Notes under the pieces: generated by a model
The model's input: only the letters and a program-made list of their open reading frames with translations
Databases searched by the model: none
Told to the model about the DNA's origin: nothing
Program-made: the position numbers and the translations under genes
Assembly (NCBI GenBank): GCA_051251855.1
Contig: JBPOGI010000008.1
Location: 1 to 64,000 of the forward strand
DNA: 64,000 nt
Direction of reading: 5' to 3'
Source of the DNA: Roseibacillus sp.
GTDB taxonomy: Bacteria > Verrucomicrobiota > Verrucomicrobiia > Verrucomicrobiales > Akkermansiaceae
Shown here: positions 28,616-41,402 of the stretch, piece by piece
How the letters are laid out: every line of letters begins with the position of its first letter
How positions within the stretch are numbered: position 1 is the first letter of the stretch

Positions 28616-29083
28616 TTACCCAAAGTCGACTGAGTCGTAGAGGTCTTCCAAAATCTGCGCTTCCTTCGCGCGCAGTTCTTCCACATTCTTCGGAGCCACC
28701 AAATCAAAGGCTGCTCCCCGTCCAAAAAGGTGTACTGACTCCCCCGCTTCGAATCCGTGAGCACTCGCGGTCTTTTTTGGCACCGCCAACTTGCCCTGGT
28801 CATTCAAAGTCACTGACTCGCTGCCCGAGTACACCGCCTGCTTCTGCGCATTTCGCGTTCCGGCAGGAATGGCCTCATTAGAAGCAATCGATTCAATAAC
28901 AGCCTCGAAGGCCTCTTGGGTCATCGCCCGCAGAACCGGAACTTTCAGATGCTTCCACTTCAAAAGTCGCAACTGAACCGTCTGTCCACTCGCAGGGCGC
29001 CAAGCGGAAGGCACGGAAACTCGATACTTACTATCAAGTTTATGCTCAACAACGCCTTCAAGGCTCTGGTTTGGTACACCCAC
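28616..29083 (-). CDS. mraZ: Division/cell-wall cluster transcriptional regulator MraZ (divergent; GTG start assumed)
   Basis: EHKLDSKYRVSVPSAWR and VTLNDQGKLAVP (two AbrB-like repeats); first gene of the dcw cluster. Confidence 0.85.
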   Translation of the reverse strand: MGVPNQSLEGVVEHKLDSKYRVSVPSAWRPASGQTVQLRLLKWKHLKVPVLRAMTQEAFEAVIESIASNEAIPAGTRNAQKQAVYSGSESVTLNDQGKLAVPKKTASAHGFEAGESVHLFGRGAAFDLVAPKNVEELRAKEAQILEDLYDSVDFG

Positions 29084-29335
29084 GGTTTCTCTTGGTTCCT
29101 TACGGTGCACAGTAGTACACAATTTGACCCTACACGGTCAATCTCTTTGTTTTCAGTACACTTCGCATTGCTTAACAATCCTTGCTAGCACAATGTTTTT
29201 AAAACTTTTACTTCGTGTCAGCGGATTATTAATAAAACTTAATTAAACTGCTGAACAGCCCACGCAGCGTCAGCATTTGCTCCTCTCTGGCACCCTTTGC
29301 CGTTTCTTTTTTTTAAAACGAGGCCAGCCTTCCCC

Positions 29336-30634
29336 GTGCGCGAAATCCTCTCTGGCTCCGGCCCCTTCCGTCATAATAACGTTCGGCTCTACGCTTGGTT
29401 CACCGTTCTCTATAACGCACGGGCCTACTACCCCATTTTCGCTATTCTCTTCCTCGACCTCGGCCTCAGCCGCGAGCAGTTCCTCACTCTCAACGCGGTC
29501 TGGGCTGCCGCCATCTTTCTACTCGAAGTCCCCTCCGGCGCTCTCGCCGACACCATCGGCCGCAAAAAACTCCTCGTAGCTGCGGGCATCATGATGATTC
29601 TCGAGATGGCCCTCCTCCTCTTTGCCCCTCAAAACGGCGGCTGGGTTCTTCTCATGATGGTCTTCGCCAATCGACTTCTCTCAGGCGCTTCCGAAGCCTC
29701 CGCCAGCGGGGCCGACCAAGCCCTCGCCTACGACACTCTGCAGGAAAAGGGCGAGGAAGAACAATGGGACCACGTTCTCGCCACCGTCATGACCCTGCGC
29801 TCGGCAGGCTTTTTCACAGCCATGATTCTCGGCTCCCTTCTCTACGACCCCTCCATCTTAGCCAAAGTCATTCCAAACCTCGGCGACCTCGATAAGTCCC
29901 TCACTCTGCGCCTCCCCCTCGCGCTTGTCTTTATCCAAGGCATCGCCTGCCTCTTCCTCGCCCTGCGTATGCGCGACATCGAAGACAGCGACGCCGAGCG
30001 CCCCTCTTTAAAGAAAGCCTTTCGCACCACCCTCTCCGCCGGCAAGTGGCTCTTCACTACCCCCCTCGCTCTCATGGTCGTCATCGGTGGCGTGCTTGCA
30101 GACTCCTTCGCTCGCACCTTCGCCACCCTCACCTCGGACTACTTCCGCTTCATCCAAGTCCCCGAATGGCTCTTCGGATTTCTTGGCGCGGGCTTCGCCG
30201 TCGTCGGCATCTTCACCCCCAAGCTCGCCAAGACCCTTTCCCAAAAATACTCCCCACGCACCCACCTCCTCATCATCGTCACCTGGGCCACCGGAGCCCT
30301 CCTCCTCCTCGGCCAAGCTTGGCCCTATTGGGGTATCATCCCCGCGGTCCTCACCATGATGGTCCTCTCATGGACCGACTTTCTCTGCTCGCGCGAGCTC
30401 AACAAACTCGCCGACTCCTCCCAACGCGCCACCATTCTTTCGGTCAAAGGCCTCATCTTCAACCTCGGCTACGGACTCGCTTCTCTTGGATTCGCTGGTG
30501 CTGTCGCTGGCTTCCAAAAGCAAGGCCTCACCGAAAACCAAGCCTTTCAATCCACCCTCCTCTGGCAACCCGCCCTCCTCGCCTCCCTCATTATCGTCTT
30601 CGCCGTCTGGTCCCGCGGCGTCAAACAGCCCTAA
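29336..30634 (+). CDS. MFS transporter
   Basis: LLEVPSGALADTIGRKK motif A; about 12 TM segments. Confidence 0.9.
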   Translation: MREILSGSGPFRHNNVRLYAWFTVLYNARAYYPIFAILFLDLGLSREQFLTLNAVWAAAIFLLEVPSGALADTIGRKKLLVAAGIMMILEMALLLFAPQNGGWVLLMMVFANRLLSGASEASASGADQALAYDTLQEKGEEEQWDHVLATVMTLRSAGFFTAMILGSLLYDPSILAKVIPNLGDLDKSLTLRLPLALVFIQGIACLFLALRMRDIEDSDAERPSLKKAFRTTLSAGKWLFTTPLALMVVIGGVLADSFARTFATLTSDYFRFIQVPEWLFGFLGAGFAVVGIFTPKLAKTLSQKYSPRTHLLIIVTWATGALLLLGQAWPYWGIIPAVLTMMVLSWTDFLCSRELNKLADSSQRATILSVKGLIFNLGYGLASLGFAGAVAGFQKQGLTENQAFQSTLLWQPALLASLIIVFAVWSRGVKQP

Positions 30635-30790
30635 AACGTCGACCTCAGACGGACCGCGAGTCTTTAGCTCGCCCCGCCGGTCCGGCTCCTTCCTGCAGGT
30701 AGGGCGCTCTAAACACTCGCCGTCTCTCGAAAAACCGTAAAACTCCTCCCCAACAAATAACTCATAACAAGTAACAAATCACCCCACCCC

Positions 30791-31861
30791 ATGCTCCCAC
30801 TCATCCTCGGCCTCGACGGCCCCTCTCTCACCGACGCCGACCGCGAGCGCATCGCCCGCCACCAGCCCACCGGTTACATTCTCTTCACCCGCAACATCGT
30901 CGACGCCCAGCAAACCCGCGCCCTCACCGACGAACTCCGCACCCTCACCGACCACACCCCGCTCATCGGTATCGACAACGAAGGCGGCCGCGTTTGGCGT
31001 ACCTCCGGACTCGGCCCCACTCCCCCCGACGCCGGCACCTTCGGCTCCCAAGGTGACTTTAAGCAAAGCGCCTGGTTCGGAGCTCTTGCCGGACGCCACC
31101 TCGAGATGCTCGGGGTCAACCTCAACTTCGCTCCCGACCTCGACATCGATCACGAACCCGAAGAAGCCAACGCCCTCCGCGGACGCTGCTGGGGCCGCGA
31201 CTCGCAACACATCATCGACCACGCCGGCAACTTCAATCGCTGGCTCCGCAAAAACGGCGTCCTCTCCTGCGGCAAACACTTCCCCGCCGGAGGCCGCGCC
31301 CGCGTCGACCCTCATCATGACCTCCCCATCGTCGACTCCACCCTCGAGGAACTCCTCGCCACCGACCTCATCCCCTACACCGCGCTCGATAAGGAACTCG
31401 ACACCATCATGATCGCGCACATCCGCTACCCGCAGATAGACAACGAATACCCCTCCTCCCTTTCCCGCCGCATCATCACCGACCTCCTCCGCAATCAACT
31501 TGGTTACCAAGGTCTCATTCTCACAGACGACCTCGACATGGGCGCCATCACCAAAGGCTACGGCCGCGGCCCCGACTTCGAACTCGCCTGGCTTGCCGGC
31601 AACGACCTCCCCCTCCTCTGCCACGAACTCACCACCATCGACACCGCCGCCGAAGCCTACCAGCGCCTTCCTCACGAAATCCAAGAAGACATCGAAATCC
31701 GTCTCGAAAAGAAGCTCAAAAAACTTCCCCCGCCCCCCGCCTTCTCGCCCAAGAAATTTGAGAAAGACCTCGCCGACCTTTCCAAGCTCACTCACGACCT
31801 CACCGGCCAAGACTCCTTCACCTCGGACACCGCCACCCAGTCGCCCGTCGAAGACTACTAA
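30791..31861 (+). CDS. nagZ: GH3 beta-N-acetylhexosaminidase (NagZ-like)
   Basis: ILFTRNI, IDNEGGRV, NFAPDLD, KHFP...DPH, TDDLDMGA. Confidence 0.85.
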   Translation: MLPLILGLDGPSLTDADRERIARHQPTGYILFTRNIVDAQQTRALTDELRTLTDHTPLIGIDNEGGRVWRTSGLGPTPPDAGTFGSQGDFKQSAWFGALAGRHLEMLGVNLNFAPDLDIDHEPEEANALRGRCWGRDSQHIIDHAGNFNRWLRKNGVLSCGKHFPAGGRARVDPHHDLPIVDSTLEELLATDLIPYTALDKELDTIMIAHIRYPQIDNEYPSSLSRRIITDLLRNQLGYQGLILTDDLDMGAITKGYGRGPDFELAWLAGNDLPLLCHELTTIDTAAEAYQRLPHEIQEDIEIRLEKKLKKLPPPPAFSPKKFEKDLADLSKLTHDLTGQDSFTSDTATQSPVEDY

Positions 31862-32169
31862 TCGAAAAGCAACCTTTTGGTCGCCTACGGAGGGGCGACC
31901 TTTACTGTCGCCCAGCACTGCAATCGTCCTCCCGTTGAAAAATCCGAGACTCTTCTTCCACCCAAAAACCGACTTCACACACCACCCCAGCGGCAATAAA
32001 GGCCGCCGCTCCAGTCGATTCTCGACCTTCTCTTCTCAAAAATGAGAGCACTTTCTCCCCCTTCTTGCTCTTTGTGTCCTTCGTGGTTCAAATTGTCCCA
32101 TTTCATCATTTCCAAAAGCCCTCCTTTCCCCCACATTTCGAGCAAAAAACGACCTCAACCCTTTATCAT

Positions 32170-34947
<2,778 letters not shown>

Positions 34948-35025
34948 CCCCTGGGAGCGCTGGTCTGTGACCGGGTTCCCCCGACTTGTCGGGGCCCCAC
35001 TGCCAGATCCATCCAACCAAATCCC

Positions 35026-35154
35026 CATGGCCGACCCACCAAGGACCTCGACCTCTGGGTCAAACCTTCGATGGTAAATGCCAAAAAAATCGCGAAAACC
35101 TTCTCCATCTTCGGACTCCCGAAAGAAGAAGAAATCACCCAAGCTGAATCCTAA
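35026..35154 (+). pseudogene. Fragment of a nucleotidyltransferase-family gene
   Basis: Reads HGRPTKDLDLWVKPSMVNAKKIAKTFSIFG (RxTxDxD motif); no start, early stop. Confidence 0.55.
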
Positions 35155-35168
35155 CCGCTTTCCAGTTC

Positions 35169-38100
35169 TCACTCGTCTTCCTCAACTTCTAACCGAGCAA
35201 AGTACTTGCTGTTCGCGCTGACCGGAACGGGAAAGCGCCAGACCTCAGCAATCATGCCTTCTCCATTCGGAGTTGAGGAATGCAACACCGCCCCCTCCTC
35301 GTCCCATTCAACAAGGTCGGGAGAATACTGCACCTGATAGCTCAGCCCTTCGACATCAGCTCTTCGCTCGAACGAAATCGTCAGGTATGAGGAGATGGAC
35401 GAGTCCACTGTGAGAGGCTCAACAAGGCCCACCGGTAAAACAGCAGTCGAATCAGCATCCAAGTCGCCATTGAGGAAAAATTCAAGGAGGTTCACGATGC
35501 CGTCACCGTCCTCGTCACCTTGCCCGTCGCTGATTCCGTGAGCGGCTAGCCAGACCTGATAGCTGTTCGCTTGGAAGGACCCCGGAGTTCCAAAATCATC
35601 GAAGCTAGCCCTCCAGTTGGCGGGAAGCGAATGATCAGGAGCGGCCGAAGGGTTGACTAACACAACACTCTTTCCGTCACCATCTGCTCCTTCGGGCCAA
35701 GGCGCCCCATCTTCATAGGTGAACTCGTGGATCGCCACTCCTGCTCCTAAGGACAACTTCAAGAGTTCGCCTCCATTGGAGAGTTGGTCGCCCCCATAGT
35801 TACCGGCAATGGAAATCCCCGGGCCATAACGAGCGGTGAAAGCCGCTTCGTTTTTAACAATGACAATCGAAGCTCCCGCTGCCAGTAGGGTTCCTGAAGG
35901 AAAGTCGAAATCAACTCCCTTGGTAAACCTCACGTTCGTTAAGTCGAGTGCGGTCTCGCCCACATTGGTCACTTCGATCCATTCGTAGTCATCATTTTCG
36001 GTAGAGACCAACAATTCAGCTCCTTGGGGAGCGGGAGGGTTGAACATGAACTCCGTGATCACCAATTGATTTTGATAGCCCGAGACATCGCTCTCGCCTG
36101 CGACGAACTGCATCGGCTCGGACCAGCGACTCCAGCGCCCCACCGAATCGAGATGCCGGACCCGCACGCGGTAGTCGCGACCGGGTCGGACTTCAGTAGC
36201 AGGTATCTCCATCGTCTCGGTAAAAGCGGTTAAGGTACCCGACTCCCAATCGCATTCCGCCTCATACTTGCGCGGCTCCATCGGATCAAAGGCCACGCTG
36301 GTCTCATCGGTCACTTCCGCCAAGCGGTATTCCATCCCCGCAAAGGAAGAACCCACCGGACTACTGAATCCCGAAGAAGCCACCGCAATCTCGTTAGCTG
36401 GAAACCCGCTAGTCCCCTCGTAACTCAGCACCGGCCGATGAGGAACCTGCGCCGAGTCAGTGAGAACATTTTGCTCAATCCAGGCCCGACGGGTCACGAT
36501 GTAGTTTCTCATCTTCTGAGCCATCCCCTCGAAGGAATCAGGGGTCGTAGCCGACAGCTTGTAAAACTCTCCATGACCAGCCTGATTTAAACTTACAAAA
36601 CTGGATACCAGAATGGGATTGTAGTCCCACATGGCCCGATCGGCATCGACGTAGGAAGGAAAGCCATCGGTCCAAACAAACTGCATCCTCTCGTCGATGA
36701 GGAGATCGGTTTGTTCACTATTAAAGAGAAGGTCCAGCAAACTCCGGGCCTCATTGCGATACTCCTGAGCCAAGGCCGGAATGGCTAGAACACGACTTTT
36801 AAAGGGTTCATTCCCAGTTCCAAACCCACCATCAGACCAAGCGACATCGAGATCCCAAGCATGAACCTCCCATTGATCCGACTCAGGATTATTGAAATAG
36901 AAATAGTTTTTCCCGGCATGAATATCGTAGTGCCGGATCCCTTCCACGATAGTCCGATAGGCATAGTAGCGGGAAAGATCGAGATTGTCTCGCCACCATT
37001 GTTCGGTTTGGGTGCCGCCCTCATAAGTCCCGAGGAAGTCATCCAGGTCGGAACGGTCACTCGGTTGGTTAGGTCCTTGATTATTTGATATCCCCGTCCC
37101 CGACTCCATTTTGTAAAGATTACCGTCAGGAAGGTCATGCTCTTCGAGGTACTGCCCATCCATTTGTTCAATCGCGAGATAAAGTCCCTGGAAATCATTA
37201 TCAAATTGTGAATTGGTAGGCCCCTCTTCATCCGCATCCTCAATAATACGAAAATGCACGTAATGGGTGTTGCTGGCCTCCGACCCAGCGAGGTCAAAGA
37301 GCTCAAAACCCACCGACTCATAAAGCCCCTGTTCTCCCCGTTGATTAAAGTTCCCCTGCTGAATAATGGCCGAGAAATTCAATTTACTCCATTCGGTCTC
37401 GTATTCCTCTCCGTAGTCATCCCGGGCTTGAAAGCGATGACCACGATTAAAATCAAACTTCCACATATTCTTGCCCATGCGGTAGCGATGCACCCCGCCG
37501 CGAGCGCGAAAGCGAATATGATCGTAGACCTCACCCTCGTAGATAAGACAACCTTTCCACAAATAGTCACTGCCGGTGTAGCCGCTGCCCCGTGTTGAAC
37601 CCGGAATATACTGCGCGTTCACATGCTCATCGCGAGTGGTAATCAACTGATAGACCGCCACCTTCTGCTGCCCATCCGGAAGATTATTAAAATCAAAGCT
37701 CACATTGGGATCGGTAGGAGTGGCCTGCCCCGTCCAAGTGGGAAGCTGATCATAGACGAAGTAGGCAAAATTCGGCGTAGGATCATCAGCATAAGGAACG
37801 AGCACCGAAGTGCCATTGCCATCCTCCGCACGAATTCGATAGCGCACCAAATCTCGATGAGATTGCAGAGTCGCAGGAAGAACCACCGAATAAGTGGAAT
37901 CCCCTGCAATCAGATCGCCCTGCGTTCCGGCATCAGCCATCGCTAGGGTGGTCCAATTGGTGCCATACCGAGGATCATCGATCGTGATATAGTCTCCTGG
38001 AGCAACGAGCTGATAGTCCAACTCAACAAAGGAGACCCCTTCGGGATCGGTGACCTTAGCGGTGATAGTCACCTCATCACTGCTCGTTGGCCTCTCGGGC

Positions 38101-39242
38101 GTGTGGCTCACTTGTCGAATCGACGGTGGTGCATTCCCCGCAAACACCGAATTCACTGCACCTGGAGAAGGCTCGAGGGCAGTCCCCCCACTAGCCGCGC
38201 CAAGGAACACCAGCTCCACGTCGGCAGTGGCATCAGTGCTGCCCAAGTTGCGATTGATGAGTTGCACCGTAATGGTATTGGTCCCTTCAACGAGATAACT
38301 GGTGGCGCCAGCAATGGTCACCTCTTCGTAGTCGTTCGCCTCGTGCTGCAAGGCGAAACCAGCGGGAGGAGGAAAGGAGATCGCCCCCGACATCAGCGAA
38401 AAACGTTCCACTTCAACGCCATTGATATGAACCGCCAAACCGTCATCATATAAGGCTCGCAAAGTCAGCTCATCCGGAACCTCTCCCGCAGCAATCGTAA
38501 ACTCGTGCCGCATAAAGAAGGAAATGTAGTTCCCCTCCATCCCCGCTAGCACGGTATTATCATCACCATCCCCAAACCCGAAGGGCGCTTGCGAGACCGC
38601 CCAGTTCCCATCGTCGCTCTCATCGTAACCGTTTTCCGTCCAATTCTTTCCGCTCAAGTCATTGTTAGGAAAGGAAGTCCCCTCTCGGTAGCTCCACCCG
38701 GAATCATTCCGCAAAACATAATTCGCGGCCGGAAGAGAAGAACCTTCCAAATTCCCCGCCGACCTCCAGTTTCCGCCCAAATCATTGTCTAACAGTGGAT
38801 GAATCAATTCCATCGAAGGGCTGGGTTCATCCCCTACCGTCGGCCAAGGAAATCCAAGTTGATAGCTCACCTCATCGACCTTTACTCCCCCGCCATCACG
38901 CAAAACCACGGACTCGCCCTGATTGCTCAGCTTCCCCTCCCACGGCCCCAAAGCATCCGCATATCCAAACTCCGCACTCAACATCGTCGGATTCCACGCC
39001 ACCACGAGATAGCCCCCAGCCTCGATACGACTCCCCGCAGGAAAGGTGTAATCCACCCCACTGGAAAAAGACCAACCCGAGACATCTACCGCGACCGTTC
39101 CCGAATTGTAGAGTTCAATAAATTCCGCTTGTTTCGTCTTATCGTCCTCGTCGATATGAAGCTCGTTGATCACCACCGAAGCCAAAGCCTGAGAGAAACA
39201 GATACAGAGGTAAGAAAATAAAAAGGCTAAGCGAACGTTCAT
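35169..39242 (-). CDS. Secreted lamin-tail-domain/CotH-kinase-family protein
   Basis: Signal peptide; VVINEL..EFIELYN and LVITEFMFNP..EWIEVTN LTD modules; CotH-like RARG, KNYFYF and WDLD motifs. Confidence 0.88.
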   Translation of the reverse strand: MNVRLAFLFSYLCICFSQALASVVINELHIDEDDKTKQAEFIELYNSGTVAVDVSGWSFSSGVDYTFPAGSRIEAGGYLVVAWNPTMLSAEFGYADALGPWEGKLSNQGESVVLRDGGGVKVDEVSYQLGFPWPTVGDEPSPSMELIHPLLDNDLGGNWRSAGNLEGSSLPAANYVLRNDSGWSYREGTSFPNNDLSGKNWTENGYDESDDGNWAVSQAPFGFGDGDDNTVLAGMEGNYISFFMRHEFTIAAGEVPDELTLRALYDDGLAVHINGVEVERFSLMSGAISFPPPAGFALQHEANDYEEVTIAGATSYLVEGTNTITVQLINRNLGSTDATADVELVFLGAASGGTALEPSPGAVNSVFAGNAPPSIRQVSHTPERPTSSDEVTITAKVTDPEGVSFVELDYQLVAPGDYITIDDPRYGTNWTTLAMADAGTQGDLIAGDSTYSVVLPATLQSHRDLVRYRIRAEDGNGTSVLVPYADDPTPNFAYFVYDQLPTWTGQATPTDPNVSFDFNNLPDGQQKVAVYQLITTRDEHVNAQYIPGSTRGSGYTGSDYLWKGCLIYEGEVYDHIRFRARGGVHRYRMGKNMWKFDFNRGHRFQARDDYGEEYETEWSKLNFSAIIQQGNFNQRGEQGLYESVGFELFDLAGSEASNTHYVHFRIIEDADEEGPTNSQFDNDFQGLYLAIEQMDGQYLEEHDLPDGNLYKMESGTGISNNQGPNQPSDRSDLDDFLGTYEGGTQTEQWWRDNLDLSRYYAYRTIVEGIRHYDIHAGKNYFYFNNPESDQWEVHAWDLDVAWSDGGFGTGNEPFKSRVLAIPALAQEYRNEARSLLDLLFNSEQTDLLIDERMQFVWTDGFPSYVDADRAMWDYNPILVSSFVSLNQAGHGEFYKLSATTPDSFEGMAQKMRNYIVTRRAWIEQNVLTDSAQVPHRPVLSYEGTSGFPANEIAVASSGFSSPVGSSFAGMEYRLAEVTDETSVAFDPMEPRKYEAECDWESGTLTAFTETMEIPATEVRPGRDYRVRVRHLDSVGRWSRWSEPMQFVAGESDVSGYQNQLVITEFMFNPPAPQGAELLVSTENDDYEWIEVTNVGETALDLTNVRFTKGVDFDFPSGTLLAAGASIVIVKNEAAFTARYGPGISIAGNYGGDQLSNGGELLKLSLGAGVAIHEFTYEDGAPWPEGADGDGKSVVLVNPSAAPDHSLPANWRASFDDFGTPGSFQANSYQVWLAAHGISDGQGDEDGDGIVNLLEFFLNGDLDADSTAVLPVGLVEPLTVDSSISSYLTISFERRADVEGLSYQVQYSPDLVEWDEEGAVLHSSTPNGEGMIAEVWRFPVPVSANSKYFARLEVEEDE

Positions 39243-39448
39243 GGGGAAAATTGTCACTGGGGAATGAAAGACCATCGAACGCCCCTCATCAAAATCCCGT
39301 TCATCGGAACTCACGACAACAAATCCTCAGCAAAACGGGCCTTTCGGCCTAAAAGAGAACGAAATACAGAGAGCCAAAGCAAGCCAGAAGGCCTCAACGC
39401 TAGAGATGGACAACGAGGAACACGAAATCGCAGTCCAAGGCATCGACC

Positions 39449-40366
39449 TCACCAATCCTGAGGAAAAGATTGCGACAAGTCCGGACCATCTTCACTTTGA
39501 TACTCAGGAAGGAGATAATAAGCCCGCGTAATACCCCACCGTTTGATCGTCAAGCGACGGACTTCATCCCTCAGCGCAGGGTCATCAATGTGATCGGCAG
39601 TCTTCAATCCCGCATACCCAGCAGGTAAGGCTACTTTTCTCAAGAGCTCATTCCGTTTCTCCCGATCCCAATAAGAGGCAATCCATTCCGTTGCCGCTTC
39701 CAAGTCCTCTTCTGCCCCCTCAATAGCGACCGAGGGGAAAAGGGTCTGATCCGCTTCAGGCCATTGCTCAAAGAACAAGTCCACGAAAGCAGCCGCTTCT
39801 TCAGGGTGATATTGAGCAAGGTCACGCGCATACTCGTTCAGAATGCCAATATGGCCCTTCTTCTTGGTCTTAAGAAGACTTTGCAGAGCGGCATCCTGAT
39901 CCATTGCCAACCAAGTGAACAGAACGCCACGAGTGGCTTCTTTCTCAAAATCTTTATCCTGCAGAGCACTCGACCAAGCTTCCTCAGGTGAGAGCTCAGC
40001 CCAACGAGCATAGAGAGCGGTAGCAAATCTCCCAAAACGGGATTTCGGCTCCATTTCGCGCAAAGCATCTCGCACGGCCATAAGCTCCTCCAAGCTGAAG
40101 CTAAAAATGAGCAGCCGAAGATTGTTTTCCAAGCCGGCATCGAACTCAGATTCTTGATACCCACGAAGGGTCTCAACGATGGACTCTCGCTTAGACTTCC
40201 CCGAAGCCAAAGACCGTCCGGAACCACTCCCTCCCCCAACAACAGTCGAAGCCTGCTGACCTAAAGGCTCCTTAACTGCAGTATTCTTACGTGGGAAAAA
40301 ATGATGCGAGATAAAGAACAAGAGGCTCCCTAGGGAAAAACAAATAAGGAATCCTCTCAGCATCAC
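39449..40366 (-). CDS. Hypothetical membrane-anchored helical-repeat protein
   Basis: N-terminal TM; repeated W..DPxAA..W-like helices. Confidence 0.7.
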   Translation of the reverse strand: MMLRGFLICFSLGSLLFFISHHFFPRKNTAVKEPLGQQASTVVGGGSGSGRSLASGKSKRESIVETLRGYQESEFDAGLENNLRLLIFSFSLEELMAVRDALREMEPKSRFGRFATALYARWAELSPEEAWSSALQDKDFEKEATRGVLFTWLAMDQDAALQSLLKTKKKGHIGILNEYARDLAQYHPEEAAAFVDLFFEQWPEADQTLFPSVAIEGAEEDLEAATEWIASYWDREKRNELLRKVALPAGYAGLKTADHIDDPALRDEVRRLTIKRWGITRAYYLLPEYQSEDGPDLSQSFPQDW

Positions 40367-40526
40367 TTTACCTACATTCTATCAAATAGCCTTCCAGCTC
40401 AATTTAAGCATTCAAGCAAATGCATCAAAATGCCGAGGCTTACAATCTGAAATCCTCGGGTCCTATTGGGGTCAGTCCGGAATGGCGCTGCAATAAGCGG
40501 TTTTTCGTGCCGCAGGCAACGAATGA

Positions 40527-40669
40527 GGAGCGTGGTCTTTTCAAGCCGCCACCTTTCATCGTTGAAGGTTGAGGGTAGGCCTACTCGTTTCCGAAGTCAC
40601 TCATCTGGCGATTCCTTGGAGGTCTTCCTCGCATCGTGATCAAGCCAGCGGCTTAAAAAGCCACGCTCC
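40527..40669. repeat. REP/REPIN-like inverted-repeat element
   Basis: ggagcgtggtcttttcaagccgc (40527-49) is inverted as gcggcttaaaaagccacgctcc (40648-69). Confidence 0.7.
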
Positions 40670-40809
40670 GAAGCCTGCGGCCACTGTCCTCGAGAACTCT
40701 CAGTTTTTGTTCGGGATTTCTCTTAACGCAGTGCCATTCGGGTCAGTTCGCGCATCAGCACATTTTCCTCTCCCCTACCCGGGGGGTGAAGGAGGCTAGG
40801 AAGCCGACC

Positions 40810-41055
40810 TCAAACGATCCCCTTCTTCTTCAGAAAGGGAATCAATTCATCGACCCCAAAGTCAGCCAAGACTTCGCCATGCCAGTTCATGGTGGGAGCC
40901 TTAGTCTGCCCCGAAAGCTCCTTCATCTCCTTCATCGCCTCGCGATTCCCGGAGACGACAACGGTTTCGACCTCGATGGCCTTTTGCGAGAGATAGTCAA
41001 CGACCTCGACGCACCAAGGGCAGCTGGGTTTGAGATAGAGAACGGGTAAGGACAT
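40810..41055 (-). CDS. Glutaredoxin-family protein
   Basis: CPWC active site; SGQTKAPT cis-Pro motif. Confidence 0.9.
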   Translation of the reverse strand: MSLPVLYLKPSCPWCVEVVDYLSQKAIEVETVVVSGNREAMKEMKELSGQTKAPTMNWHGEVLADFGVDELIPFLKKKGIV

Positions 41056-41115
41056 AAACTGGTGAGGGACGGTAGTGGCAGTTTCCAAAACAGGCAAGAA
41101 AGCCTCCATCCATCC

Positions 41116-41162
41116 CGAATCAAGCAAAGGCGAATCAAGCAAAGGCGAATCAATCAAAGGCG
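41116..41162. repeat. Tandem repeat, 3 x 15 bp (cgaatcaagcaaagg)
   Basis: Two exact copies and one with a single mismatch. Confidence 0.95.
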
Positions 41163-41402
41163 TCAGTCCGCGCATTTGAACATTTCCCCTACTCCCTCCC
41201 CTTCTGAGCAAGAGGCTCGCTTCGCTAGAGAATAATAATAAATTGTTCCTCCGAACAATTACCTCTACGCTAGGCCAGAAGAACAAGAGAACACTTCCGC
41301 CTCCCCTTTTTTACTTTAATTTGACAAAACCGAGGCCCCCGCGCGCTACTTATTAACCCTTTCTCACCCAACCCACCTTTCTTCATCTGCTCACCACTCC
41401 GA

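Noticed and set aside
41056..41286. N-terminal extension of the glutaredoxin
   Set aside because: It only translates the intergenic 15-bp repeat; the domain starts at ATG 41055.
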